Below are positions 18,879-27,967 of a DNA stretch of 51,828 bases, piece by piece (the stretch's first letter is position 1; every line of letters begins with the position of its first letter). The notes beneath the pieces were generated by a model. It had not been told where the DNA came from. It saw only the letters and a program-made list of their open reading frames with translations, and ran no database searches. The DNA is from Candidatus Fermentithermobacillaceae bacterium UBA3907 (GTDB lineage Bacteria > Bacillota > Sulfobacillia > Fermentithermobacillales > Fermentithermobacillaceae). The stretch is from positions 1 to 51,828 of the forward strand of contig DGFF01000011.1 in the NCBI GenBank assembly GCA_002391545.1. The letters run 5' to 3'. A program made the translations under genes and the position numbers.

Positions 18879-19097
18879 ATGCCTATTTTTGAATACGAGT
18901 GTCTAAAGTGTGGCGAAAAATTTGAACTGCTCCTTATGGGAAGCGATGTGCCTACGTGTCCTAAGTGTGGGTCACGAGACCTGAAGAAACTTATATCTGT
19001 TTTTAACTCCAACGTGAAGAAAGGTTTCGCAAAAGGAAGCGGAGCGTGCAGTACATGTTCAGGAGGTTCTTGTTCTACGTGTGGCATAGTTAAATAG
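18879..19097 (+). CDS. FmdB-family zinc-ribbon protein (CxxC_CxxC_SSSS)
   Basis: MPIFEYECLKCGEKFE...CPKCGS plus a Cys/Gly/Ser-rich tail. ATG at 18879 with GGAGG 8 nt upstream. The ORF-track start at 18813 would overlap the previous gene. Confidence 0.85.
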   Translation: MPIFEYECLKCGEKFELLLMGSDVPTCPKCGSRDLKKLISVFNSNVKKGFAKGSGACSTCSGGSCSTCGIVK

Positions 19098-19171
19098 TGC
19101 GAGAAACTGTGGCGTGTATCACCGAGCATACGGAATTTCACTGCGGTATAAAGCAGAGGGGCGTGTAGTAG

Positions 19172-19525
19172 TTGATCGAGGAATCGCCTCAGAGAAAAAC
19201 TAAGATCTTTTTGGGCAAGATAGGGCAGACGATTAAATCAGGGGCAGAGACTCTGGTTCAGGAAACCCGAGAGCTTGGCATGCTTAGCAAGCTTAGACTG
19301 GATGTACTTGCGTTAGAAAATGAAAAGAGCCGAAAACTCGAGGAAATTGGAAAACTTGTATATGATATGTACCAAAAGGGACAAGATCTTCCTGAAGATC
19401 TACAGTATCTCTTTGAAGCCATAAATGAAATAGAGGCTAGTATTCGAGCCAAGAATCTTGAAATCGAGAAACTGCGGTCCCAGAATCAAGAAGCTGGTGG
19501 CAGCAATTTAAATGACCTACTGTGA
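19172..19525 (+). CDS. Hypothetical coiled-coil protein (117 aa)
   Basis: Charged heptad-like sequence (LRLDVLALENEKSRKLEEIGKL ... IRAKNLEIEKLRSQN). TTG start. No family recognised. Confidence 0.45.
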   Translation: MIEESPQRKTKIFLGKIGQTIKSGAETLVQETRELGMLSKLRLDVLALENEKSRKLEEIGKLVYDMYQKGQDLPEDLQYLFEAINEIEASIRAKNLEIEKLRSQNQEAGGSNLNDLL

Positions 19526-19547
19526 CCCTAGGAGGATGTGGATATCT

Positions 19548-19575
19548 TTGATTGTAAGCCTGAGCAGATTATAGT
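19548..19575 (+). promoter_or_regulatory. Putative sigma-A promoter upstream of folD
   Basis: TTGATT (19548-19553), 16-nt spacer, TATAGT (19570-19575). Confidence 0.45.
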
Positions 19576-19665
19576 TTAATTGCCCGGGTTTTTGCGTTTT
19601 TGGCCCATATTTTCAGTTTTTATTGTTGCAAACGTAGATTCTCGAGTAGAAAGGAGTGCAGCAAA

Positions 19666-20517
19666 GTGTCTGCCAAGATCATGGATGGAAAGAAAATTGC
19701 CTCAGAAATACTGGATGAGGTGCGTGCTGAAGTAAAGGCCCTTTCAGAACGAGGGATCATACCAAAACTTTCTGTAATTTTGGTAGGAGATGATCCTGCA
19801 TCAGTTATGTATGCTAGGTCCAAAGAAAGGGCGTGTAAGAAATCGGGTATCGACTACGAATTGATTACTTTCCCCAGTGATGCGAAAGAGGAATCAGTCT
19901 TACAGGAGTTGGAAAGGCTTTCGGTTGACCAGTCCTGTCACGGCATCATGGTGGAACTTCCCCTTCCTGAGCATATGAATAAAGACCGCATAATGATGGC
20001 AATCAATCCCCTAAAGGACGTAGATGGGATTAACCCGATAAACAGAGGGCAAATGTTCACCAAGAAAACAGGATTATTCCCAGTTACTCCCCAGAGCTGC
20101 ATAGAGATAATGAAGAGATCAGGCATAACAATTGAAGGGAAGAATGTATGTTTGATTGGACGTGGGGATACAGTTGGGAAACCCCTAATCTTTTTGCTCT
20201 TAAACGAAAATGCAACAGTGACAGTATGCCACACACGGACCAGAGATCTATCGTTCCATACTAAGAGAGCCGATATCGTTGTGGCAGCTGCTGGCAAACC
20301 TGACCTGGTGACTGAAGATATGGTTAGCCCAGGAGTTGTAGTGGTTGATGCAGGTATTAACCAGGTTGACGGCAAAACAGTGGGAGATGTGGATTTTGAG
20401 GGTGTCTCCAAGAAGGCGGAGGCCATAACCCCTGTGCCTGGTGGCGTTGGGAGTTTGACCACGGCGTTACTACAGAAGAACTTGCTCAAGGCTATTGAGT
20501 TGCAGCAAAGTCAATAA
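19666..20517 (+). CDS. folD: Bifunctional 5,10-methylene-THF dehydrogenase / 5,10-methenyl-THF cyclohydrolase
   Basis: KIMDGKKIASEILDEV, ILVGDDPASVMYARSK, GRGDTVGKPL, PVPGGVGSLTTALL. Preferred start is GTG 19666 (AAGGAG 9 nt upstream). The ORF track starts at 19600. Confidence 0.93.
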   Translation: MSAKIMDGKKIASEILDEVRAEVKALSERGIIPKLSVILVGDDPASVMYARSKERACKKSGIDYELITFPSDAKEESVLQELERLSVDQSCHGIMVELPLPEHMNKDRIMMAINPLKDVDGINPINRGQMFTKKTGLFPVTPQSCIEIMKRSGITIEGKNVCLIGRGDTVGKPLIFLLLNENATVTVCHTRTRDLSFHTKRADIVVAAAGKPDLVTEDMVSPGVVVVDAGINQVDGKTVGDVDFEGVSKKAEAITPVPGGVGSLTTALLQKNLLKAIELQQSQ

Positions 20518-20545
20518 CTTGGTTTTAGAGAAAGGGGGATGTAGG

Positions 20546-21178
20546 TTGAAGGAATTATTTTCTATGAGCCTGGAAGAAGTTATCAATCTTTCTGCATCTT
20601 CAGAGCCTACTCCGGGTGGAGGCAGCGTTTCTGCCATTTGCGCAGCTTTTGCCGGGTCAATGGCAGCTATGGTATGTAACCTGACAATCGGCAAGAAGAA
20701 GTACAAGGAAGTCGAAGAAAGGGTTATGGATCTCAGGGACGAGACTATGCATCTCATTTCTGAGTTTAAGAACCTAGTTTACGAGGACATGGCAGAATTT
20801 GAGAAACTTATGGATACATATAAGCTGCCCAAGTCTACCCCGGAAGAAAAAGAAAAGCGCGATGCAGCTTTGGAAGAAGCTCTGAAAGGCGCAACAGAAA
20901 CGCCGCTAAAAGTTGCTCGAGGATGCTTGAGGCTCCTCAGGATTGTAGATGAACTTGCTCCAATAGGGAATAAGATGGCTATAAGCGACGCAGGTGTAGC
21001 CGCCTATCTGGCTGAAGGGAGTCTCAGGGCAGTACTTTTGAACGTTGATATTAATATACCTAGCATAAGAGATAAAGAGTACGTGAGAAATGTGATGAAG
21101 GAGAAGGAACAACTTATTGCAGAAGCCCAGGAACTCAAGGAGAGATCCTTAGGTGTTGTAATGGAGCGAATGGGTTGA
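20546..21178 (+). CDS. fchA: Cyclodeaminase/cyclohydrolase family protein (FTCD C-terminal domain; methenyl-THF cyclohydrolase-like)
   Basis: SSEPTPGGGSVSAICAAFAGSMAAMV is the hallmark N-terminal motif of FTCD_C proteins. The length is about 210 aa from TTG 20546 (AAAGGGGGA 6 nt upstream). Confidence 0.75.
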   Translation: MKELFSMSLEEVINLSASSEPTPGGGSVSAICAAFAGSMAAMVCNLTIGKKKYKEVEERVMDLRDETMHLISEFKNLVYEDMAEFEKLMDTYKLPKSTPEEKEKRDAALEEALKGATETPLKVARGCLRLLRIVDELAPIGNKMAISDAGVAAYLAEGSLRAVLLNVDINIPSIRDKEYVRNVMKEKEQLIAEAQELKERSLGVVMERMG

Positions 21179-21240
21179 TTAATGAGGCTGCGTGGCCTCT
21201 CGTACCAGTTTTATCATTGAATGAATATAGGGGGAAGACG

Positions 21241-22173
21241 TTGAGCGTGGGTAGGGACATAGTGGTTTTGGGTAGCTTGAACGTCGATTTTGTCGTAAGA
21301 GTTTCGGAAAGACCCGGTATGGGTCAAACGGTGTTTGGGAAAGAGTTTTCGATATTTCCAGGCGGAAAAGGCGCTAATCAGGCTGTGGCAGTTGGCAGGT
21401 TAGGCGGGAACGTATGCATGGCTGGAAGGATCGGCGATGACGTTTTTTCTAGCATATTGCTGGAAAGCCTTACAAATGCAAACGTAGGAACTGATAATGT
21501 GCTAATAACCGAAAACATCTTTACAGGTTCTGCGTTCATTACCGTAGATGATTCAGGCGAAAACTCAATTATTGTGATTCCTGGTGCAAATAGCCAATAT
21601 TCTAAGGAAGATGTAGATGATTTAGCTACCTGTTTAAAAGACGCAAAAACCCTCATGCTGCAGTTGGAGATTCCCGTAGAATCAGTGGAGTATGCTGCCC
21701 AAGTGGCAAAATCCTTTGGCGTCACAGTCATGTTGGATCCTGCTCCTGCAATGTCTTTACCTCCCGAGTTATACAGGTTAATCGATGTGATTACCCCTAA
21801 CGAGCACGAAGCCTCATTGCTTACTGGTATACAAGTGCAAGATCTGAGTAGCGCAGAAAGTGCTGGTATGCGTCTATTAGAACAGGGTGTGCACAGTGCG
21901 GTCGTGAAGCTTGGGGCCCAAGGAGCATTTTACTGTTCGTCTACGGGGGATCGGGGCTATGTAAAAGGGCATCGCGTTAATGTTGTAGATACTACTGCAG
22001 CAGGAGACGCCTTTTCAGGTGCCCTAGCTTTGGCTCTTTGTGAGGGAAAAAGCATTGGAGAGGCGTGTGAGTTTGCGAACGCGGCTGCGGCTTTGTCTGT
22101 GACCCGCAAAGGCGCACAAACTTCCATGCCCAACTATGACGAGGTCGCTCGTTTTTTTCAATCTCTGGTATGA
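21241..22173 (+). CDS. rbsK: Ribokinase
   Basis: VLGSLNVDFVV, FPGGKGANQAVA, DTTAAGDAFSGALALAL. Preferred start is TTG 21241 (GGGGGA 6 nt upstream, giving 310 aa). The alternative TTG 21175 overlaps the fchA stop. Confidence 0.88.
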   Translation: MSVGRDIVVLGSLNVDFVVRVSERPGMGQTVFGKEFSIFPGGKGANQAVAVGRLGGNVCMAGRIGDDVFSSILLESLTNANVGTDNVLITENIFTGSAFITVDDSGENSIIVIPGANSQYSKEDVDDLATCLKDAKTLMLQLEIPVESVEYAAQVAKSFGVTVMLDPAPAMSLPPELYRLIDVITPNEHEASLLTGIQVQDLSSAESAGMRLLEQGVHSAVVKLGAQGAFYCSSTGDRGYVKGHRVNVVDTTAAGDAFSGALALALCEGKSIGEACEFANAAAALSVTRKGAQTSMPNYDEVARFFQSLV

Positions 22174-22238
22174 CAAGGCTGAAAGTGAGGGGATCTTTAG
22201 GAGGTGAGTTGAAGCAGTTTGATCAGTGCATCTCAAGT

Positions 22239-22266
22239 GGGTTTTTGGGGATGGGATTGGGTGGGG
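22239..22266 (+). other. G-quadruplex-type G-tract cluster overlapping the SD of the downstream gene
   Basis: GGGTTTTTGGGGATGGGATTGGGTGGGG has five runs of G3-4 with loops of 5, 2, 3 and 1 nt. The last run is part of GGGGAGGTGA, the SD for the ATG at 22279. Confidence 0.4.
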
Positions 22267-22278
22267 AGGTGATTCTGA

Positions 22279-23205
22279 ATGAAGTGGATTATAGATACGG
22301 ACCCAGGTATTGATGATGCTTCTGCCATTATTACTGCAGTCAATTCTGGAGCATTAGACATTTTGGGAATTACTTGCGTGCACGGCAATGTGGGTCTTGA
22401 GTATACTACTAGGAATGCGCTCAAGCTAATTGAGCTGATGGATGTTGGCATCCCTGTTTACGGAGGTGCTTCGAGACCTATTTTGCAAAAACCAGAGCAT
22501 GCTTCTTACGTTCATGGAACTGATGGTTTCGGAAATACCTTTCTGTCTGAACCTAACATCAAACTTGAACCTATTCATGCTGTAGACTTCATAATTGAAG
22601 CCGCATATGCTGATGACAAACTAGGTCTGCTTACGTTAGGCCCTCTCACCAATGTGGCTCTTGCCATAGCTAAGGACAGGTCGCTTGAGGACCGAATTGA
22701 TAGAATCGTTATGATGGCGGGTACTTCAAGGGCTAGGGGTAATACGAGTCCTGTTGCAGAGTTCAACGTTTTTGCAGATCCAGAAGCTGCTGCTGTGGTG
22801 TTTGATACAGGAATTCCCATTACCATGGTCCCATGGGAGACATGCCTTGACACGTTACTGGGCCCTGACACTATACGTGAATTAAGGAAAAGCTTGACTC
22901 CTGTTGGGCAAGCTTTTTCCAACGCCATGGAATTTACTTTAAAGGGAATAGAAGCTTCTATGGGTCAAGAATTTCTCGTATTGTGCGACCTTATTGCCGC
23001 GTGTGTTGCTATTGATCCTTCTGTGGTTAAAGAAAAGGCTTCTGTAACAGTGAGGGTCGAAACTTGCGGAAGATACTCTAGGGGGCTCACAGTTATCGAT
23101 GAGCGCAACATAGAAGGTGCAGAACCTAATGTGACGTTGTGCCTCGCTTGTGATAGAGAACAAATAGCGGGCATGTTTTTGAACGCAATTAACCATCAAA
23201 ACTAG
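22279..23205 (+). CDS. Nucleoside hydrolase (inosine/uridine-preferring family)
   Basis: N-terminal IIDTDPGIDDASAI aspartate cluster, EFNVFADPEAA and VPWE motifs. 308 aa. Confidence 0.9.
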   Translation: MKWIIDTDPGIDDASAIITAVNSGALDILGITCVHGNVGLEYTTRNALKLIELMDVGIPVYGGASRPILQKPEHASYVHGTDGFGNTFLSEPNIKLEPIHAVDFIIEAAYADDKLGLLTLGPLTNVALAIAKDRSLEDRIDRIVMMAGTSRARGNTSPVAEFNVFADPEAAAVVFDTGIPITMVPWETCLDTLLGPDTIRELRKSLTPVGQAFSNAMEFTLKGIEASMGQEFLVLCDLIAACVAIDPSVVKEKASVTVRVETCGRYSRGLTVIDERNIEGAEPNVTLCLACDREQIAGMFLNAINHQN

Positions 23206-23219
23206 ACGGGGGTGTCGAA

Positions 23220-24326
23220 TTGAAGAAGTCTATAAGCTTACTATTGATAGTATTGTTGTTAACCTCGGTAATGTTAGTTGGATGTGGCACAGATGAAGGC
23301 AATGGTGAAGGAGGAGAAGCTAAAAAAGCCGTACTTCTAGTTAGCGGAACCTTAGGAGATAAGTCGTTCTTTGATTCAGCTAATGAGGGTATGAAGGTCA
23401 TTAAAGAAGAACTAGGTTGGGAAACACACATAATTGAGATGGGAACAGATCCATCCAAATGGGAGCCTACTTTGACCGACGTTTCGGCAGAAGATTATGA
23501 CCTAATTATTTGTGGTACTTTTCAGATGCAAGAAAAGATAGAGGAAGTAGCCCCCAAATTTCCTGATAAAAGGTACGTAGTTTTTGACGTTTCAGTAGAT
23601 TATGATAAGGCGGACTACAGCAACGTATATTCGATTCTTTACAAACAAAACGAAGGGTCATATTTGGCTGGAGTCTTAGCTGCAATGGTTACAACCTCTG
23701 ATATGCCTAAGGCAAACGAAGAAAAGATCATCGGTTTCCTTGGTGGAATGAACATTCCGGTTATCAACGATTTCCTAGTAGGTTACGTCGAGGGGGCCAA
23801 GAGTATAGAGCCTGACATAAAAGTAGCAGTGTCGTATGTGGAAGACTTTGCCAATCCTGCCAAAGCAAAAGAAATGTGTTTAGCCCAGTATGACATGGGA
23901 GCGGATATAGGATTTAACGTTGCGGGAGGAAGTGGATTGGGCCAGCTAGATGCTGCAAAGGAGAAGGATTGCTACGCTATAGGTGTGGACTCGGACCAGG
24001 CCATGTTGTTCAAGGACACAGATCCAGAGAAGGCAGAACTGATTCTTACATCCATGCTAAAAAGGATCGACAATTCTTTGGTGCGGGCAGTCAAACTTTT
24101 TGAGGAAGATAAGCTACCGTTTGGTACTGTAGAGGTTTTAGGGCTGGCTGAAGAAGCAGTAGGCCTTGCCAAGAACGAGTTTTATGAACGGAACGTTCCC
24201 CAGGAGATTAAGGATAAAATCGAAGAGATTGAGGAACAAGTTAAGAATGGAGATATAACGGTTTCATCAGCATTCGATATGAGTGATGATGAAATGCAAG
24301 ATCTTTTGGAGTCGGTGCGTCCGTAA
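23220..24326 (+). CDS. BMP-family (PnrA/TmpC-like) ABC substrate-binding lipoprotein, probable nucleoside binder
   Basis: Signal peptide with lipobox LVGCG. Also FFDSANEGM and GGMNIPVINDFLVGYVEGAK. TTG start with GGGGGTG SD. Confidence 0.85.
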   Translation: MKKSISLLLIVLLLTSVMLVGCGTDEGNGEGGEAKKAVLLVSGTLGDKSFFDSANEGMKVIKEELGWETHIIEMGTDPSKWEPTLTDVSAEDYDLIICGTFQMQEKIEEVAPKFPDKRYVVFDVSVDYDKADYSNVYSILYKQNEGSYLAGVLAAMVTTSDMPKANEEKIIGFLGGMNIPVINDFLVGYVEGAKSIEPDIKVAVSYVEDFANPAKAKEMCLAQYDMGADIGFNVAGGSGLGQLDAAKEKDCYAIGVDSDQAMLFKDTDPEKAELILTSMLKRIDNSLVRAVKLFEEDKLPFGTVEVLGLAEEAVGLAKNEFYERNVPQEIKDKIEEIEEQVKNGDITVSSAFDMSDDEMQDLLESVRP

Positions 24327-24337
24327 AGTTTTTCTAG

Positions 24338-24369
24338 GTTGCAGGAGGCCGGTTATTGCCTCCTGCAAC
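24338..24369 (+). promoter_or_regulatory. Intercistronic perfect stem-loop between the binding-protein and ATPase genes
   Basis: GTTGCAGGAGGC (24338-24349), loop CGGTTATT, GCCTCCTGCAAC (24358-24369). This is 12 perfect base pairs with no downstream T-run. Confidence 0.6.
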
Positions 24370-24452
24370 CCTTTCCAAAGTTTCCAAATGGGATGAGGTG
24401 TAAGAGATTGGAGGGTGGAAAGGAATCTCAAAGAGAAGGACCCATTCTGCTC

Positions 24453-26000
24453 ATGGAAGGAATAACGAAGATCTATCCCACCGGGTTGGTTGCAAACTCT
24501 AATGTAACATTTGAAGTGCGAGAAGGAGAAATTCACGCGCTCGTTGGCGAAAATGGCGCAGGAAAAACTACCCTAATGAAAGTGTTATTCGGTCTAGAGA
24601 AACACGATGCGGGGAATATTTTTGTAAAGGGCGAGCAGGTTAATATTACATCGCCAAGACAGGCAATTGGGCACGGCATCGGTATGGTACATCAGCATTT
24701 TATGCTCGCGCCTTCGCTTACTGTAGCCGAAAATATTGTCTTAGGTCAGGAACCGAGAAAAGGTATCTGGTTTGATCAGAAAAAGGCTGCGGAAACTTGC
24801 ATAGATCTTGGGAAGAAGTACGGACTAGAAGTGGATCCCTACGCAAAGATCGCCGATGTTCCTGTAGGTGTTAAGCAGAGGGTCGAAATTCTAAAGGCGC
24901 TGCTGCGGGGGTCAGAGATCTTGGTATTAGACGAACCTACTGCAGTTTTGACTCCTCAGGAAACTGTCGAGCTGTTCGCTGCACTCAAGGCTCTTAAAGA
25001 GGGCGGGCATACGATCATCTTTATATCCCACAAATTGGCAGAAGTCAAAGAGATTTCAGACAGAGTGACAGTAATGCGTTCTGGTAGGGTTGTGGGAACC
25101 AGAAACACTGAAGAGATCAGTATACGTGATCTTTCTAATATGATGGTGGGGCGTGACGTAGAATTAGAATTGCCTAGGCCTAAAATGTCTGCAGAAGATC
25201 GCAGGGAGGTTAGGCTTTTAGTTAAGGACCTCAAGTATGTCCGCGATAACAAGGATGTACTGAAAGATATAAATTTGCAGGTGAAATCGGGAGAAATAGT
25301 TGGTATTGCAGGTATTGAAGGAAATGGTCAAGCGGAACTGGTGGAAATTCTTACCGGTCTTTGTGAGTGCCATGAAGGAACTATACAGATTTGCGGAGAA
25401 GACGCGACGGAGAAAAAGCCCGGAGAGATAAGAGAATTGGGCTTGTCCCATATTCCTCAGGATAGGATGACTTTCGGTGTGGCTGCAGAAGCGTCTGTGG
25501 CTGAAAACCTCATATCTACAAGGTACAATAAACCCCCTATTTCAAATGGTTTTCTTTTGAATTTAAAAGCTATATTTGCTACTTGTCTAGACCTGATAAA
25601 CAAGTTTGAAATCAAGGCTAACGACCCTAAGCAGCCAGTTAATACTCTTTCAGGAGGCAATATACAAAAGGTTGTTGTTGCCCGAGAGTTTTCTACTGAT
25701 CCAGAGGTGATAATTGCCAATCAGCCTACTCGAGGTATAGACATAGGGGCTAGTGAGTCTATTCACAAATACTTGGTAAACGCGACAGAAAATGGTGCTG
25801 CAGTGCTTTTGATATCTGCCGATCTAAGCGAAGTTATGGGGCTATCTAACAGACTCTTGGTGATGTATGAAGGTAGAATAGTTGCTCATTTTCCAGATGC
25901 TGAAGCGGTCACCGAAGAAGAACTAGGCCTCTACATGCTTGGAGTAAAACACCAGGAACCAGACGAGATTGTCGCATCGCTAATGGGGGAGGCCGGTTAA
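24453..26000 (+). CDS. ABC transporter ATP-binding protein with duplicated ATPase domains (BMP/nucleoside importer type)
   Basis: Domain 1 has GENGAGKTTLMK and LDEPTAVL. Domain 2 has GIEGNGQAELV and LSGGNIQKVVVARE. The start is uncertain (ATG 24453 preferred, ATG 24393 possible). The ORF-track TTG 24339 lies inside the hairpin. Confidence 0.88.
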   Translation: MEGITKIYPTGLVANSNVTFEVREGEIHALVGENGAGKTTLMKVLFGLEKHDAGNIFVKGEQVNITSPRQAIGHGIGMVHQHFMLAPSLTVAENIVLGQEPRKGIWFDQKKAAETCIDLGKKYGLEVDPYAKIADVPVGVKQRVEILKALLRGSEILVLDEPTAVLTPQETVELFAALKALKEGGHTIIFISHKLAEVKEISDRVTVMRSGRVVGTRNTEEISIRDLSNMMVGRDVELELPRPKMSAEDRREVRLLVKDLKYVRDNKDVLKDINLQVKSGEIVGIAGIEGNGQAELVEILTGLCECHEGTIQICGEDATEKKPGEIRELGLSHIPQDRMTFGVAAEASVAENLISTRYNKPPISNGFLLNLKAIFATCLDLINKFEIKANDPKQPVNTLSGGNIQKVVVAREFSTDPEVIIANQPTRGIDIGASESIHKYLVNATENGAAVLLISADLSEVMGLSNRLLVMYEGRIVAHFPDAEAVTEEELGLYMLGVKHQEPDEIVASLMGEAG

Positions 26001-26004
26001 TCAA

Positions 26005-27063
26005 ATGAAAACAGATAAAAGGTTCGAGATTTTGCGAACGGGCGTAGCTATAGGGGTGGCGCTCCTCATAGGGTTTATAGTCACATGTTTAGTGTCAGAG
26101 GCACCTCTAAAAGCGTTTGGATATTTCCTTAGGGGACCTTTTACGACTACACGTCGATTCGCGGCCTTTCTTGAGGCGGCAATTCCTTTGACTTTCACTG
26201 GGCTTGCGATATCCTTGGTGTTTTCCGCAGGTCAATTTAACCTAGGTGCTGAGGGGCAATTCTTTATCGGGGCAGTTGCCGCAACCGCCGCCGGAATATA
26301 CTTAGATTTACCTCCGGTCATACACACTTTGGTTTGCCTTCTAGCGGGAATTGCAGCAGGTGCCGTTGCAGGATTCATCCCAGGTATTTTAAAAGCAAAA
26401 TGGAATGCTTCAGAATTAGTTTCGTCGCTGATGCTCAATTACGTATTTCTAAAGTTAGGAATGTACCTAGTAACGTACCATATGCGAGATCAGTCAGTAG
26501 GAGCTTTGGTATCTCTTCCGCTCAAAGAGACTTCGTTGTTAACCCAGTTTATTCCCAACACTAGAATTCATACAGGTGTGTTTATACTGCTCATAACCGT
26601 TTTATTTTGCTACTACTACCTTTTCAGGACTAGTCAGGGTTATGAAGTCAGGATGACAGGTCAAAACATAGAGTTTGCTCGATATTCGGGAATTCCTGTT
26701 CTATCAGTGATTTTATCGGTACAGGTGTTGGCGGGGGCCATCGCCGGTCTGGGCGGGGCCGTCGAAATGCTAGGTATCTACAAGCGCTTCCAATGGTTGG
26801 CAAGCCCAGGGTACGGATTCGATGGTGTTATTGTCGCTACCCTGGCAAAGAATAACCCTGCTTTAGTGCCCGTTACCGCTCTTTTTCTTGCGTATCTTAG
26901 GGTGGGCGCCGATGTTATGGCCATATACTCAGATGTGTCCGCCGAAATGGTAGCCATTATACAGGCTGTGATTATTCTACTGGTTACTGCAGAGGCCTTT
27001 TTATCTGGTTACAGACGTCGGATGTTGCTAAGAGAGGTGAAGCAAAGTGCAAGCGCTTCTTAG
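26005..27063 (+). CDS. ABC transporter permease (BMP/nucleoside importer, subunit 1)
   Basis: 352 aa, polytopic. It follows the ATPase gene by 4 nt. FNLGAEGQFFIGA motif. Confidence 0.85.
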   Translation: MKTDKRFEILRTGVAIGVALLIGFIVTCLVSEAPLKAFGYFLRGPFTTTRRFAAFLEAAIPLTFTGLAISLVFSAGQFNLGAEGQFFIGAVAATAAGIYLDLPPVIHTLVCLLAGIAAGAVAGFIPGILKAKWNASELVSSLMLNYVFLKLGMYLVTYHMRDQSVGALVSLPLKETSLLTQFIPNTRIHTGVFILLITVLFCYYYLFRTSQGYEVRMTGQNIEFARYSGIPVLSVILSVQVLAGAIAGLGGAVEMLGIYKRFQWLASPGYGFDGVIVATLAKNNPALVPVTALFLAYLRVGADVMAIYSDVSAEMVAIIQAVIILLVTAEAFLSGYRRRMLLREVKQSASAS

Positions 27064-27967
27064 GGCCATATTATCTCCTTCCTTTGCAGCTTCGATCTTG
27101 CGCGTGACTACGCCTATTTTATTTGCCGCTTTAGGAGCTGTAGTGGCTGATCTATCTGGGGTCGTAAACATAGCGTTAGAGGGCACCATGCTGTTTTCTG
27201 CATTTACAGGGGTTGCAGTTTCAGCCTTTACCCAATCTGCATGGTTAGGTCTACTCGCAGCAGTTGGAGTGGGGGCCCTGGTAGGGTTAACCCTAGCATA
27301 TTCTCACCTAAAATTAGGTACAGATGCTGTTTTGGCAGGAATTGCATTGAATCTGTTGGCAGCTGAAGGAACAGTTTTCCTTTTGTACGTTGTAGCTGGA
27401 GACAAGGGAGTATCCAGTTCTCTCCCTAGCAAAGTGCTGCCCGATTGGCATATACCTGTAATAAAGGAAATACCGGTTTTGGGCGCTATCTTGGGAAAGC
27501 AAAATGCGCTTACGTATATGTCTTTAATAGCAGTAGTATTGGTCTATCTGTTCTTATTCAAAACTTCCTTCGGGCTAAGGCTTAGAGCGGTGGGGGAGAA
27601 CCCTGACGCTGCAGATTCAGTGGGAATTTCAGTTCATAGGGTTCAATTTGTAGCGTTAGCTATTAGCGGCGCTTTGGCTGGAATGGGTGGAGCCCACCTC
27701 TCCATGGGATACGTTAGTTGGTTTTCAAGGAACATGACTTCAGGTAGAGGGTTTATAGCTCTTGCTGCAGAAACCCTAGGTTACAGACACCCTGTAGGAG
27801 TATTCTTGGCGTCTCTATTGTTCGGATTTGCAGATGCGTTGTCTAACTATATGCAGAGTCTGCGGGTTCCCGGCGAATTTGTACAGATGATTCCGTATTT
27901 GTTGACTTTGGTAGCCTTGACCATTTATTCGGGCCGCCAAAGAAAAGGCAGGAGGTCTTCTAAATGA
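27047..27967 (+). CDS. ABC transporter permease (BMP/nucleoside importer, subunit 2)
   Basis: 306 aa, polytopic. GTG start overlapping the previous gene. NIALEGTMLFSAF motif. Confidence 0.85.
   Translation: MQALLRAILSPSFAASILRVTTPILFAALGAVVADLSGVVNIALEGTMLFSAFTGVAVSAFTQSAWLGLLAAVGVGALVGLTLAYSHLKLGTDAVLAGIALNLLAAEGTVFLLYVVAGDKGVSSSLPSKVLPDWHIPVIKEIPVLGAILGKQNALTYMSLIAVVLVYLFLFKTSFGLRLRAVGENPDAADSVGISVHRVQFVALAISGALAGMGGAHLSMGYVSWFSRNMTSGRGFIALAAETLGYRHPVGVFLASLLFGFADALSNYMQSLRVPGEFVQMIPYLLTLVALTIYSGRQRKGRRSSK

Noticed and set aside
19576-19665. Possible THF riboswitch in the 84-nt leader of folD (it contains GAGUAG)
   Set aside because: The only resemblance is a hexamer that sits at the SD. 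I could not fold the leader into the conserved THF-riboswitch helices. The rest is T-rich and unstructured.
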